Of a DNA stretch of 64,000 bases, positions 49,549 through 60,230 are shown piece after piece; position 1 is the first letter of the stretch; each line of letters begins with the position of its first letter. Origin of the DNA: an uncultured delta proteobacterium (lineage in GTDB: Bacteria; Desulfobacterota; Binatia; UBA9968); the NCBI GenBank assembly GCA_963804165.1, contig CAWDPO010000017.1:128001-192000 (forward strand), given 5' to 3'. The translations under genes and the position numbers were made by a program. The notes beneath the pieces were generated by a model. It was given only the letters and a program-made list of their open reading frames with translations, was not told the origin of the DNA and did not search any database.

Positions 49549-50178
49549 TTAACTGTAAACCACACTTTGCATCGACGTAAAATCATGGTGTTCCAAGAGA
49601 TGGACGATGGCCCGCACGATTTTCTCTCCTCCCAAAACGGACGGCTCTATCGGTGATATCTCTGAATAGTCCGTAGGCTCAGTGCAGCGTAGGCGCAGGT
49701 CGATAACCGGCAGATTCGCCAGAAACGCTTCACGTAGAATGATCTCGTTGAACATAGACAGCGCCGTCAAGGCGCTGCGCTGTAAGCCAGGGACCGAATC
49801 GTACACCGTACAGACGGCCACCGGCCTTTTTAGGCTTAATACGTGCGTTAGCATGCGGCGATAGTCGAGCTGGAATTCCTGCCGAATATTGGCAAATGTT
49901 TCCAATACGCCTGCTACCGAGTGGGCCGTTTCTTGAAGAATATTGATGTGGCTCAGCGCGTCATTGCCGCCGCAGCTTATCATCAAGTGAGTCGCATCCT
50001 TGGGCAGTTGGGGTGTTTGTCTGATTACATCAGTAGTAGCGTCGCCATCCACGGCGAGCAGAGTGGCATGCCAGTTTTCGGATAGCGCGCCTCGAAGTTG
50101 TTCGATAACGGGCGCCCCGCCGGGAACATAGGTGGCGTTATCGAAAATCGAATCGCCGAGCAAAACCACGTGATTCAT
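49549..50178 (-). CDS. SGNH/GDSL hydrolase family protein
   Basis: VLLGDSIFDN, S.GGND, IEPS..GG. Confidence 0.85.
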   Translation of the reverse strand: MNHVVLLGDSIFDNATYVPGGAPVIEQLRGALSENWHATLLAVDGDATTDVIRQTPQLPKDATHLMISCGGNDALSHINILQETAHSVAGVLETFANIRQEFQLDYRRMLTHVLSLKRPVAVCTVYDSVPGLQRSALTALSMFNEIILREAFLANLPVIDLRLRCTEPTDYSEISPIEPSVLGGEKIVRAIVHLLEHHDFTSMQSVVYS

Positions 50179-50380
50179 AGACGACCTATTCTCAGTCTTG
50201 GTGGACGGGAATGCCTCGAGTTTGCAATATATCTTTCCCGTCTGTCAAACCTCACTCCAAAATCAAATCTCGCACTTAGACGAAACCGGGGATAATACGT
50301 GCATGAAATCGGCGATTGTCACTTCACTTGAGGAGCGTTGTTTAATACAGAGCTGCAACCGATCTTGTTCGGCGGCATCT

Positions 50381-50770
50381 TTATCGCTTGGAGAACAACG
50401 ACGGCAAGCTTCCAACCAGCGCTCCTGCGGATGAACAAACGATCCCGACGACCGCTGCAATGATTAACTCTAGAGGCCATAGATTATGCGAAGTCGGATC
50501 GTTTGCCGTCTCAATAGCGACCCGCGCCAAAACCGCGGCGGGCACCGCTGCACCCACAACAAAGACAACGGCCACGAAGCGCGCTTTACTAAACGCGCGC
50601 GCGGCAGCGGCTAGAACGCCAACGCCGAGCAAACCCGCACCATACAATGTGTCCGGCAGCGAAACCTTCGCATAGGCGACCTGCCAATAGGGAAAACCGA
50701 CGACAAAGAAGCCGACCACGAAGGCGGCGGCCAGCCAATAATTGGCGGTAGTCTTAGCAATCTTGTTCAT
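50381..50770 (-). CDS. Small membrane protein (DPTSHNLWP motif)
   Basis: Four hydrophobic segments; DPTSHNLWPLE. Confidence 0.65.
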   Translation of the reverse strand: MNKIAKTTANYWLAAAFVVGFFVVGFPYWQVAYAKVSLPDTLYGAGLLGVGVLAAAARAFSKARFVAVVFVVGAAVPAAVLARVAIETANDPTSHNLWPLELIIAAVVGIVCSSAGALVGSLPSLFSKR

Positions 50771-50825
50771 CCAATTTCCAAACCACCCGACGCCAACTAT
50801 TGATCGTGGTGATTAGCATGACGAC

Positions 50826-50868
50826 GGCGACAAGCAACTTTTTGAAAGTCGAAAAGCAGCCAGTCCCC
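50826..50868. repeat. Degenerate copy of the RAYT-associated REP palindrome
   Basis: ggcgacaagcaactttt..aaaagcagccagtcccc. Confidence 0.6.
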
Positions 50869-50899
50869 AAGTTACGCTTTTTCAGTCCCGCTACCACGC

Positions 50900-51005
50900 G
50901 CTGTTGGTCGGTGGCCCGGCGCGCGACCGCTGGCGCGGGCTTCTCGACGAGATGCCACGACAAGACGGCAAAAAGCAGCGACGGCGGGACGAATAGGATC
51001 ATCAA
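50900..51005 (-). pseudogene. Acyltransferase-3 (OafA-like) C-terminal remnant
   Basis: LLFAVLSWHLVEKP matches the S(W/Y)..VE.P terminal motif; no upstream body. Confidence 0.4.
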
Positions 51006-51084
51006 GCCGCTTCATTCCCGCCGGCATCTGGAACGACCAGTTTGACGGTACCCTATTTGAATCCAATGTGCCCACGGCAACCTC

Positions 51085-51520
51085 TTACTCGGAATTTCGA
51101 CGGGACGCACGCAACAGTTGTCGAAACGCCTCAACCGATAGGCTGGCTGGCGGCCGACGCTCGCGAGCGAATGGGTTCGCCAAGTCTTGGAGCCGCGCGT
51201 TGAGGGGTGTCGGGACGCCGTGCAAACGGCCCAGCAAGACAATCTCGCCGTTGAGGAAATCGGTTTCAATCGAGCCCGTGGCGCGGGCCAGACTCTGCCA
51301 GGACGAATCTCCGAGCGTACGAACTCCGTTCAATACGCCGCGAGCACGATTCCACACGTCCGACTCCGAAGCGTACGCAATCCCGGCTGCTCGATAGCAG
51401 GACTCGGCTTCCATGCGGAGCTCCACCAAAAGATCACTGTAGTTTCCGTCAGGGCCGCATAGCGCCCGAAGGACATTCTTCAGGTTCACGAGGAGCTTCC
51501 CGTACTGCCACAGAAAACGG
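51085..51520 (-). pseudogene. Ketopantoate reductase (PanE) C-terminal domain fragment
   Basis: W.YGKLL.NL.N, EAE, SSWQSL.R..G.IETDFLNGEIV..GR.HGVPTP.N; no Rossmann N-terminal domain. Confidence 0.65.
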
Positions 51521-51668
51521 TGCAGACGACTTTTCTCTGAAAGTGCGAGGGAAAAATGGCCACTCCCAGAATCATTGTCTGCACTTTTTCCGTCCCGCCG
51601 GAACACGCCACAGCGTGAACGGCGCGTACTCGGCCATTGGAGCGGCGACACGCCCTGCGCAATGATTT

Positions 51669-52203
51669 TTAGAGCCCGCTCCGCTTGTTCGCATAACGCA
51701 AGGCGAGGCTGCGGATGATCATGGCCGGGAGCCAAATTATCACTATTTCAGAGACAGCGATTCGAAGTCCACGACGGGAGAGAAAAGCCCTCGATCTCCA
51801 TTGGCGAGACGTAGAGCGGGCGCCACGGCAGAAAGAAGCGATCGTCCGAGAAGGGCCAAAGAAACGCGACGCCAAGGCCGCCGTTGGTCATGGCATCCAA
51901 TACGCCGTGCGAGATCGCGCTCAGCGCGACGAGAAAGAAAACAATGTGCGACGCCGCTGCTAAACGCGCCGCGAAAGGTATCGCGCCGAGGCCGAGAAGA
52001 ACACCAAAGGCGATGGAGTGCGTAAACCCCCTATGTCCGAAGGGGTGACCGTAAGGGACGCCCAGCCAATGGCCAATGGCGTCGATATCGGGAAGCATGG
52101 AAGCGGCGGCTGCGGCAACGAGGAGGCGACGAGAAACCCTTGCAGAGCCCAAAACCGCTGCGGCGGCCCATGGCACGGCCGGATGGGAGAAGAGTGAAGC
52201 CAA
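51669..52203 (-). CDS. YdjM-family inner-membrane metal-dependent hydrolase, +1 frameshift at ~51783-51786
   Basis: MAS.FSH, LPDID, GHRGFTHS, SHGVLDAMTNGGLGVA..WPF; removing one T gives ..GFLSRRGLRIAVSE..WLP. Confidence 0.8.
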
Positions 52204-52242
52204 TGCAGATCGTTCCGGGAGGACGTGAATTTGAAAGGAAAA

Positions 52243-52284
52243 GGGGACTGGCAACTTTTCACAGGCGAGAAGTTGCCAGTCCCC
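52243..52284. repeat. REP-like palindrome (same family as 39807/40475)
   Basis: ggggactggcaactt..aagttgccagtcccc perfect 15-bp arms. Confidence 0.85.
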
Positions 52285-52293
52285 GAATTAGGT

Positions 52294-54558
52294 CTATGTT
52301 TTTTTCATTCCCGCCAACACGCGCTCGGGTGTGAACGGTGCTTCGCGCAGGCGCACGCCGACGGCGTCGAAGATCGCGTTGGCGATGGCCCCGGCGATCG
52401 GTGCGCTGGACGGCTCGCCGCCGCCGAGGGCGGGCATCTCGGGGCGGTTGATCAAGACGATCTCGATTTCGGGAACGTCGGGAAATCTCAGGATCGGGTA
52501 GCTTTTCCAGTCGAGAGTCTTGATGCCGGACGAGTCGAACTTGACCTCTTCCATGAGTGCGCGGCTGACGCCCTGAATGATATTTCCCTCGATTTGGTTT
52601 TTCAGCCCGTCGGGATTGATGATTAGTCCGCAGTCATGCGAGAGCACGAAGCGTTTCACCGCCACGTTACCGGTCGACTTGTCCACCTCTACTTCGGCGA
52701 CGGCGCCGCAGATCGTCTCGGCGCGGTTGGAGATGGCCACGCCTCTGCCGGTTGCTTTTGCTGCGGACGACGTTGCCGCGGGCGAAGGCCTCTCTTGCCA
52801 TCGGGCCTGCTTGACCACTGCGGTCAAAGCCTCTGCGCCGCGCTTATTGGCGCCGAGGTAGCGCATGCGGAACTGCACCGGGTCGACGCGCAAGTCCGCC
52901 GCGATCTCGTCCATGAACGACTCGCTGGCAAAACAGCGAGCGATGTCACCGGGAGCGCGCAAGTAACCCGTGCGCAGCGGCGTTTCGTCGGCTTGCACCC
53001 ACGGAATCAGGGGCGCCGCGCACTTTTGATTTTGGAACGCGTACATCTCGCCACCGCCTCGAGTGCCGTTGGAATTGCCATCGCCCGTGGGTTTCATGCC
53101 GATCTGCCGTGAGGCGAGCAGGCGCAAGCCCCCGCCCGAAGCGGCGGTGAGAGGAAAGCCGCGATCGGCAAAATCCCATGCGATGATCGTCCCCTGGGCG
53201 TCGACGCCGGCGCGGACCAAATCGAGCTGCGCGGGACCTTTGGGCTCCCAGGCATGTTCGTCATCGCGCATCCATTGGACACGGACCGGTTTGCCGACCG
53301 CGCGCGACAGCAGCGCGGCGTCTTCGGCGACGTCATCCGCGCCCATGCGACCGTAGCTGCCGGACGCTTCGCGCCAGAGCACGCGAACGTTTTTCTCGGG
53401 AAAACCGAGCATCTCAGCGACGGCCTTGCGCGTTTCGAACGAACCTTGGGTGCCGGTATAAATCGTCGCTTGCTCCTTACCGACGTCCGCGACGGCGCAC
53501 GACGGCCCCATCATGCCATGCAACTGAAACGGCCATCGATATGTAGCTTCGTAGGTTTTGCTCGCTTGCGCGAGTGCCGCTTCTGGATTGCCCTTGTTGA
53601 CGGTGACCTGGTCGCGCAGGCTCTTGGTGCTTTTTAGATAAGTAAAAACTTCATCCGAGCCGGCAGGCATTTTGGTAGCCGGCTCCGACCAAGTTACCTT
53701 CAGCGCTTTCGCAGCTTTGATGGCCGCCCATTCCGTTGCACAGACAACGCCGACGAAGCTTCCCTCCTGTACAACCTTAACGAAGCCATGGATCGTTTTG
53801 GCGTTGCTGTCGTCGATGCTCGCGGGCTGCGATGTGATCGTCGGCGGACGAACGACGCGTCCATGCAACATTCCGGACACGCGCACGTCGTGGGCGTAAA
53901 CAAACTCGCCCGTGAGCTTGGGCGGCAGCTCGACCCGTTTCTGCGACGTTCCGACGATCTTATAGTCTTTGACATCTTTAGCGCGCGCTTCCGGCGCGAC
54001 TTTCATGTTCCAGCCCCGACCCTCGGCGGTAATTTTTACGTTGAACTGTTTGCCGCCGATGAGCTGAGAATAGGAGACTTTTTTCGCCGCGTTGCCGGCA
54101 ACGCTCACGACGCCGTCCTTCACGGTCAGTTTTTCGACCGGCACGCCAAGCCGCGCGGAAGCGAGCTTCAAGAGCTCTTGCCGGGCCGCCGCCGCGGCTT
54201 GCCTCAACTGTGGGCCGCCTCTTTCAATGGTTCTGCTGCCAGCAGTTATGCCTTGATCGATGGCTTTCGCCGTATCCAAACTGATCATGTGGATTTTGTT
54301 GAACGGCACGTCCAATTCTTCCGCGACGATTTGGGCGAGCGCGGTTTCGACGCCGGTGCCGAGATCGACTTTGCCGGAGTAAACGGTAACGGTGCCGTCC
54401 GGCGCGATGGTGAGCCACGAATCGAGCGAGGTAGGGTCAGGCTCGCCCCCGCCGCGTGTCGATTGTGCCGAGAGCGGCGAGGGAAAGAAATTGAAGCTGA
54501 CAATCAGGGCGCCGGTGGTTTTGAGAAATTGTCTGCGATTAAGTTCCAGGGTCTTCAT
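52294..54558 (-). CDS. Xanthine-oxidase-family molybdopterin oxidoreductase large subunit (second paralog), Tat signal
   Basis: Same motif set as 40530-42803. Confidence 0.9.
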   Translation of the reverse strand: MKTLELNRRQFLKTTGALIVSFNFFPSPLSAQSTRGGGEPDPTSLDSWLTIAPDGTVTVYSGKVDLGTGVETALAQIVAEELDVPFNKIHMISLDTAKAIDQGITAGSRTIERGGPQLRQAAAAARQELLKLASARLGVPVEKLTVKDGVVSVAGNAAKKVSYSQLIGGKQFNVKITAEGRGWNMKVAPEARAKDVKDYKIVGTSQKRVELPPKLTGEFVYAHDVRVSGMLHGRVVRPPTITSQPASIDDSNAKTIHGFVKVVQEGSFVGVVCATEWAAIKAAKALKVTWSEPATKMPAGSDEVFTYLKSTKSLRDQVTVNKGNPEAALAQASKTYEATYRWPFQLHGMMGPSCAVADVGKEQATIYTGTQGSFETRKAVAEMLGFPEKNVRVLWREASGSYGRMGADDVAEDAALLSRAVGKPVRVQWMRDDEHAWEPKGPAQLDLVRAGVDAQGTIIAWDFADRGFPLTAASGGGLRLLASRQIGMKPTGDGNSNGTRGGGEMYAFQNQKCAAPLIPWVQADETPLRTGYLRAPGDIARCFASESFMDEIAADLRVDPVQFRMRYLGANKRGAEALTAVVKQARWQERPSPAATSSAAKATGRGVAISNRAETICGAVAEVEVDKSTGNVAVKRFVLSHDCGLIINPDGLKNQIEGNIIQGVSRALMEEVKFDSSGIKTLDWKSYPILRFPDVPEIEIVLINRPEMPALGGGEPSSAPIAGAIANAIFDAVGVRLREAPFTPERVLAGMKKT

Positions 54559-54574
54559 CGCTGAGCTCCTTTCC

Positions 54575-55039
54575 TTACACCAGCTGTCCCGACGCCCGTT
54601 TGACCGCTCTCAGGATGCGAAGATGGGTGCCGCAGCGGCACAGGTTCCCCGCCAGCGCTTCTTTGATCTGGCTGTCGGTGGGCTTGGGAGTTTTATCCAG
54701 CAGCGCTTTTGTGCTCATGATCATGCCGTTGATGCAGTAACCGCACTGCACCGCCTGTTCGTCGACGAAGGCCTGCTGGATTTTGTGCATTTTCTTCGTG
54801 GAGCCCAAGCCTTCGAGAGTCGTGACGGATTTATTCTGCGCGGCGCTGACGGGAGTGACACAGGAGCGGATGGCGTTGCCCTCCATGACGACGGTGCAGG
54901 CGCCGCATTGAGCGAGACCGCAGCCGAACTTGGGACCGTTCAATTGCAGATCGTTACGCAGGGCGTAGAGGAGGGGCATGTCGGGCTCTGCGTCGATGAC
55001 GTGTGATTTGCCGTTTACTCGGAGGGAAGTTTTCGCCAT
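54575..55039 (-). CDS. 2x[2Fe-2S] small subunit (second paralog)
   Basis: Start ATG 55039 after AGGAG; near-identical to 42820-43284. Confidence 0.93.
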   Translation of the reverse strand: MAKTSLRVNGKSHVIDAEPDMPLLYALRNDLQLNGPKFGCGLAQCGACTVVMEGNAIRSCVTPVSAAQNKSVTTLEGLGSTKKMHKIQQAFVDEQAVQCGYCINGMIMSTKALLDKTPKPTDSQIKEALAGNLCRCGTHLRILRAVKRASGQLV

Positions 55040-55103
55040 GGGCGGGCTCCTTTCGTTAGAAGGGCAATTTGGCGTCGGCGGACTGACAGCGGTGACTACG
55101 GAC

Positions 55104-55133
55104 ACTTTAGGAAAAGCCTTAGCCGAATGTCAA
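55104..55133 (-). promoter_or_regulatory. Candidate sigma70 promoter for the second iorAB-like pair
   Basis: TTGACA-N18-TAAAGT on the minus strand. Confidence 0.4.
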
Positions 55134-55203
55134 GGTTTCCTTCGACGACACTGCCGTAAAGAATCGGCTTTAAATGAAATATGTTCTCTTGTAGAGACGC
55201 CAG

Positions 55204-56697
55204 TTAGGTCCGTAGCCCACAAAGCGCTGCTATAGGCTTTCCATCCGTATCGGGCAGTGGTGTGTTCAACAATACCGCAATTGTCGGCGCGATATCCATG
55301 AGGGATGCTGGGAATGATTGCTTGTCCGCAGTAACCAAGGGGCCACAACCAAAGTAAATCCCGTCCGCGACATGGTTGCCGGTCCTATACTGCCGAGTCC
55401 TTGGACGGAGCTCTCCAATCTTTGGAGATGCTACCCCAGTGATCGGAGTATCGCGTCGCCACACGACGAAAAGATCAGGCAGGCAGTTTCTGTGCTCGCC
55501 ATCGAACAGGGGATCAGTTCGTAAAACTTGGTCGACGATTGCGCTACCGGTATCCGGGTTAATTAGGTCAAGCAGATCCCGGCTCAAGGTTGTGCAGAAT
55601 TCTTCCAGTTCTTTCCCTGGTCGAATGCGTCCAGCGGGTTCCCGGCCTTTCAGATTGACGCGAATGGCCCCACTGATTTCATTATGCTCCAATTGGAAAG
55701 CGTGACGGTGAGCATGAGAGTACCGCTCGTGCTTGCCAATTAGCCGTGCTCGAATCGTGTAAGTTGAGCGCTTGCCTTTCCAGTATAAGGACTGCCAGGA
55801 CGACATCGGACTCTCCAGACGGAGGAGGATCTCGTCCAAAAACGGCTCGCCTGTATAATTCGGTCCCATCCCGAGATCGGAGAAGACAATCACGCTAGTT
55901 TCCGGCCCGACGAGCGTCAACAGTTCACCAATAGCAGTGTCAAGCGCCTGATAAACTCTCTTGAGCGGGTTGCCGAGTTCACTCGCGAGTGTCGGATTAT
56001 GCTTAGGATGCTTTTCATCCAGTAGATGCCAGAGTTGATGACCGGCGCAATGGCTTTCCTTAAACACGGTTAAGAAAAGATCCCAGTTTCCATGACAGAG
56101 AAATTCGGCGGTGACCGCCAGTTTCCGTTCTATGCCGTCCAGCGTTCGTTGCAAGAACAACTCATACTCGTTCTCTGAAAAGGCATCCATCCGGCACAGC
56201 CGTTCAGCTGACTCCATGCGGTCAGTTCCGTCATCGCCAAAACGAGCGAGGATAGTCGCCGCGAGATCCGGCGGCCAACTACATGTCTCGTGATCGCGAC
56301 CATGAACGAGCCAGTCAGCCAACTGGACTGCGTTCAAATTCTTCGACAACGGGCACTTAGGCACGTCGATGACACCCACTCTCCGGCCGGCGCGACTCAA
56401 CACGTTCCAAAAAGGCTCGTGTTTTAAATTTTCATCACGAAAGTGTGGCGTAATATAGGAGCCGCTCTGAAGGTAGTTCGAGAAATATCGACCATGCCGC
56501 GCAGGGGATACTGCAGTGTAGAAAGATGCCCATGCCGCATCATCGCCCATCGCAGGCGGACTCGCGAGCTTGCCCTCCACGCCTTTCTTCCTGAGCGACT
56601 GCAACACGGGCAGCTCACCGGAGTCACACCACTTCAACAGCAGGTTTGGGTCCGCAGAATCCAACCCAATAACAAGGATTTTCGCCGGAGAAACCAT
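55204..56697 (-). CDS. Alkaline phosphatase superfamily / type I phosphodiesterase protein
   Basis: IGLDSAD, AWASFYT..P..HG, GHQLW, FSD.G, G.H..DG, DIAPT. Confidence 0.75.
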   Translation of the reverse strand: MVSPAKILVIGLDSADPNLLLKWCDSGELPVLQSLRKKGVEGKLASPPAMGDDAAWASFYTAVSPARHGRYFSNYLQSGSYITPHFRDENLKHEPFWNVLSRAGRRVGVIDVPKCPLSKNLNAVQLADWLVHGRDHETCSWPPDLAATILARFGDDGTDRMESAERLCRMDAFSENEYELFLQRTLDGIERKLAVTAEFLCHGNWDLFLTVFKESHCAGHQLWHLLDEKHPKHNPTLASELGNPLKRVYQALDTAIGELLTLVGPETSVIVFSDLGMGPNYTGEPFLDEILLRLESPMSSWQSLYWKGKRSTYTIRARLIGKHERYSHAHRHAFQLEHNEISGAIRVNLKGREPAGRIRPGKELEEFCTTLSRDLLDLINPDTGSAIVDQVLRTDPLFDGEHRNCLPDLFVVWRRDTPITGVASPKIGELRPRTRQYRTGNHVADGIYFGCGPLVTADKQSFPASLMDIAPTIAVLLNTPLPDTDGKPIAALCGLRT

Positions 56698-57121
56698 GAA
56701 ACATCGACCGCTACTTATCGCCCGATATTTCTATCAAGGCTTCAGACAGGTCTAACCGTTTTGCATGGCGTGGGGCAGGATCGGAAAGCAAAGGCCGCCG
56801 TTGTCTCACCGTGCCCCTCTCGAACGCACCAGTGAAACTTAACAATCTGACCAGGGTATGAAAATTCTCTAAGCGGTTCAGAGTGCCGGATTTCTACAGG
56901 GACTTTAGATGCCTGTCAATGGTCTGAAAAAGCTGGGCTCTCGTCAGAGTCTTCGCAATCGTGCCGAGACGAGAATTGTGCCGGCGACGATGCGTGGGGC
57001 GATCTTTTCTAGGTCGCGGAAAAACAATTTGCCGCCGAGAACCACTCATAGAGGCAGAGTTACGGTCAACGGCGTGACGAGGATGACCGGCGCTGCGCCG
57101 TGTGATTCTACGTAGCCCGCA

Positions 57122-58396
57122 TCAACGCGCGGGGGCAACCTGCTCGTTTCGTTCCTTGACGAAGGTGAGCAGCACCATCCCTGCCAGATAGGTCGAAGCG
57201 GCGAGCAAGAAAGCCGGCGTGAATCCGTGATTTTGCATCACGTAGCCGACGACCAACGTCCAGATCGGTCCGGAGATGCAGCCGACGAAATAATAAATTG
57301 AAAACGCCGCGTCGGTGAGATCGTCGCGGGCGTTGTCGCTGATCATGGCCTGGGTCAGCGAGCCGCGGGCTTCCACGACGCTGCCGTAAAGAATCAGGTT
57401 TAAATAAAACAGCGGGCCAAGCGAGGTTTGATAGGCGAGCCAAACGGTCATCACTGCCGACAACAACAGCGTGACCTGCGTGACGACGGCGCGCCTTCCC
57501 AATCGATCGGAAATCCAAGCTATGGCGAGCGGACCGACCAAGCCGGCGCCTTGCAACACGGTTAGAAACAACCCCCCCACGGAAGCCGTGACGTCGAAGC
57601 GCTCCATGAAAAAAGGCACAAGATAGGTGAGATTGATGCCGGTGCCGCGTCCGGCGGCGCCGACCATCAGCACGAGAGAGGTGAAGAGAATATTGCGGTT
57701 CTTGAGACAGACTCGGTACGCGTCGATATTGGCTTTGAAATTGGCCTTGCCGGTTTTGCCTTCGTCGGCCGCGGAAGTGTGTTCGCGCACCATAAAGAGC
57801 GCCAGTCCCATGACCAGACTCACCAGACCGAAAACGATGAAAGCAGTTCTCCAGTTCATGTAAAGCAAGGCGATCGACGCCAAGCCCGGGCCGATGAACG
57901 AGCCAAAGCTGCCGGCTGAATGATGAAAGGTGAGTGCCCAACCGCGCGCCTTGGGATAGAAGCGCGACAAAATGCTTGCGCCGAGCGGATGCTGCGGGCT
58001 CGACCCGGCATCGATGGCAACGCGCGCGACCAGTAGCTGCGGATAACTGCCGACAAAATATTGCGCCATCGCGGAAAGGCCGACGATCACGTTACCCGTG
58101 CCGAGGATGACCGTACGCTTGAAGAAACCGGTGAACAGCCCGTAGACGACCTGCAGCCCTTGGCCGACGAAATTCGAGATCGCCGAAAGCGCGCCGAGCT
58201 GGAGCAGGCCGAAACCGAGCTCTCCCATCATGACGGGAAAGATGACCGAGGTGATACTGTACTGCAGGTGATTGAGTGTATGACACGTGCTGACCAAGCT
58301 GAGCGCGAGGCGTTTTTGTCGAAGCGTGGCTTCGAGCGTCGGAGTGTCGGATGATGCAGCGGTTACACCGGTGACGGTGCTGGTTTGCTCGCTCAT
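57122..58396 (-). CDS. MFS transporter
   Basis: H..NH, HP.G, SDRLGRR; ~12 TMs. Confidence 0.88.
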   Translation of the reverse strand: MSEQTSTVTGVTAASSDTPTLEATLRQKRLALSLVSTCHTLNHLQYSITSVIFPVMMGELGFGLLQLGALSAISNFVGQGLQVVYGLFTGFFKRTVILGTGNVIVGLSAMAQYFVGSYPQLLVARVAIDAGSSPQHPLGASILSRFYPKARGWALTFHHSAGSFGSFIGPGLASIALLYMNWRTAFIVFGLVSLVMGLALFMVREHTSAADEGKTGKANFKANIDAYRVCLKNRNILFTSLVLMVGAAGRGTGINLTYLVPFFMERFDVTASVGGLFLTVLQGAGLVGPLAIAWISDRLGRRAVVTQVTLLLSAVMTVWLAYQTSLGPLFYLNLILYGSVVEARGSLTQAMISDNARDDLTDAAFSIYYFVGCISGPIWTLVVGYVMQNHGFTPAFLLAASTYLAGMVLLTFVKERNEQVAPAR

Positions 58397-58536
58397 GGCA
58401 ATTTACTTCCTCGTTGAAGTATTGAACTGATGAAGCACTGGGGTCTGGTGTATAGGCTGGCGGCGGCGTCTGTCAACAACAGGACTGAGTAACGAGGAAT
58501 GAAAACTGGGTACAACTGCTGACTAAGGGGGCAAGG

Positions 58537-60075
58537 TCACGAGTCAGTCGTTTGTGGGTGGTGCGCAGGCGCGTCCTTCGACATTAAGAGACTGACGGCC
58601 ACCCCGGCGACCATGAACACGAACCCGACTAGAAACGCGTACCAGATCGCGTCGCCCAGGATCGCAATCGTTTTCGGCAACAACTCAGGCGGGATTTGCA
58701 TGCGTGTCGCTGGTTCGAGAAGATTCTGTGGATGAGCGAGTTTGTTGAGCAGCGCGGCCGAAAGACCACTGCCGGAAAGTTGATTGAGGCCGCGCTGCAT
58801 CTGGTGCAGCAATACCGTTCCCATCAAGCTTACGGCGAAGGCGCCGCCAAAGGTTCTGAACAGCATCGCCGTGGACGTCGCCGCGCCGATCTGTTGATGC
58901 GCTACCGAATTTTGCACGGCCACGAGTGTCGTGAGATTGGCCATGCCCATGCCCGTGCCGATCAAGGTTCCGCCGATGGCGACCCATAAGACGCTGAGAT
59001 CGGACTTGAAAGCGACGAAAAAACTATAACCGATCGCCAATAGCGTCATACCCGCGGTAGCCACCGCGCGATAACCGAGGCGATTGAGGGCTTGCCCGGC
59101 GATCAAGCTGCCGGCTGTCCATGCCACGCTGACGAACAGCAGCACCATACCAGCGCGCGAGGCGGTGAGTCCGCTGACTCCTTGGAGATAGAGCGGCAAA
59201 TAGCTGACGGCACCGAACACCCCCATGGCCGCCAACGTGGTGACGGCGGCGGAGCTGTTGAAAAGGCTCACGTGAAATAGATCCAGCGGTATGATCGGCT
59301 CCGCGGCTCTGCGCTCGATGAAATAAAAAATAATTAGAAAGACGGCTGCGAGGCCAATGATTCCGATGAGCTCGGCGTCGAGAGGTTGTCTGGAACGCGC
59401 GCTGTGAGACAGCGCGTAAAATAACAAGAGCAGCGCAGCCAGCAGCGTCAGCATTCCGGCAAAATCGAGCTTGTGCACGCGTTGCTCGCGAGGAGCCTCT
59501 TTTAGCCCGGCGACGATTAAAGCGATGGCGACCGCGGTGATCGGCAGGTTCACGAAGAACGCCCAGCGCCAACTCCAGTTCTCGACGATGACGCCGCCGG
59601 CGAGCGGTCCAAGGATCGACGCGACGCCCCAGATACCGCTGATGACGCCCTGCACTTTGGCGCGCTCCTCAGGCGGGTAGAGTATGCCCACCACGATGAA
59701 TGACAGCGCGTAGATCGCGCCGCCGCCCAGCCCTTGCACGGCGCGAAACAGCACCAGCGCTTCCATGCTTTGCGCCGCGCCGCAAAGGGTCGAGCCGAGA
59801 ACGAAAATAGCGATGCCGATCAGCATCAAGCGGCGCCGGCTGTAGAGATCGGATAATTTTCCAAACAACGGGGTGCTGAGCGCGGACGTGAGCATGTAGA
59901 TCGAAAACACCCAACTATAGAGCTCGAGTCCGCCGAGCTTGGCGACAATCGTGGGCATCGCCGTGCTGACGATCGTCGCATCGATGGCGAAAAGAAAGAT
60001 CACCAGCATCACGCCGAAGGCGGCGAGATTTCTTTTGCCCGTTGTCGAGGGCGCAGAAACTAAAGGTGAGTTCAC
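58537..60075 (-). CDS. MFS drug:H+ antiporter (DHA2, EmrB/QacA-like)
   Basis: D.TIV.TAMPTI, GKLSD.Y.RR, RAVQGLGGG, GP..GG, WRW.FFVNLP; start estimated at GTG 60075. Confidence 0.88.
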   Translation of the reverse strand: MNSPLVSAPSTTGKRNLAAFGVMLVIFLFAIDATIVSTAMPTIVAKLGGLELYSWVFSIYMLTSALSTPLFGKLSDLYSRRRLMLIGIAIFVLGSTLCGAAQSMEALVLFRAVQGLGGGAIYALSFIVVGILYPPEERAKVQGVISGIWGVASILGPLAGGVIVENWSWRWAFFVNLPITAVAIALIVAGLKEAPREQRVHKLDFAGMLTLLAALLLLFYALSHSARSRQPLDAELIGIIGLAAVFLIIFYFIERRAAEPIIPLDLFHVSLFNSSAAVTTLAAMGVFGAVSYLPLYLQGVSGLTASRAGMVLLFVSVAWTAGSLIAGQALNRLGYRAVATAGMTLLAIGYSFFVAFKSDLSVLWVAIGGTLIGTGMGMANLTTLVAVQNSVAHQQIGAATSTAMLFRTFGGAFAVSLMGTVLLHQMQRGLNQLSGSGLSAALLNKLAHPQNLLEPATRMQIPPELLPKTIAILGDAIWYAFLVGFVFMVAGVAVSLLMSKDAPAHHPQTTDS

Positions 60076-60230
60076 GTCGAGGCTGATTTCGCTAATTGAT
60101 TTTTGTAGCTCTATCAGGTGGACTAGTTCCGCTCGAGAGTCAAGCAAGCGCCGATGATAGCGCATTTCGCCGGCGCATTGACAGGCGTTTATTATCAGCG
60201 GTAATACCGAGACACGCGAGGAGGAAATAC

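Noticed and set aside
48554-51085. Integron cassette array (short co-oriented hypothetical genes)
   Set aside because: No paired RYYYAAC..GTTRRRY attC structures were found and there is no integrase in the window.
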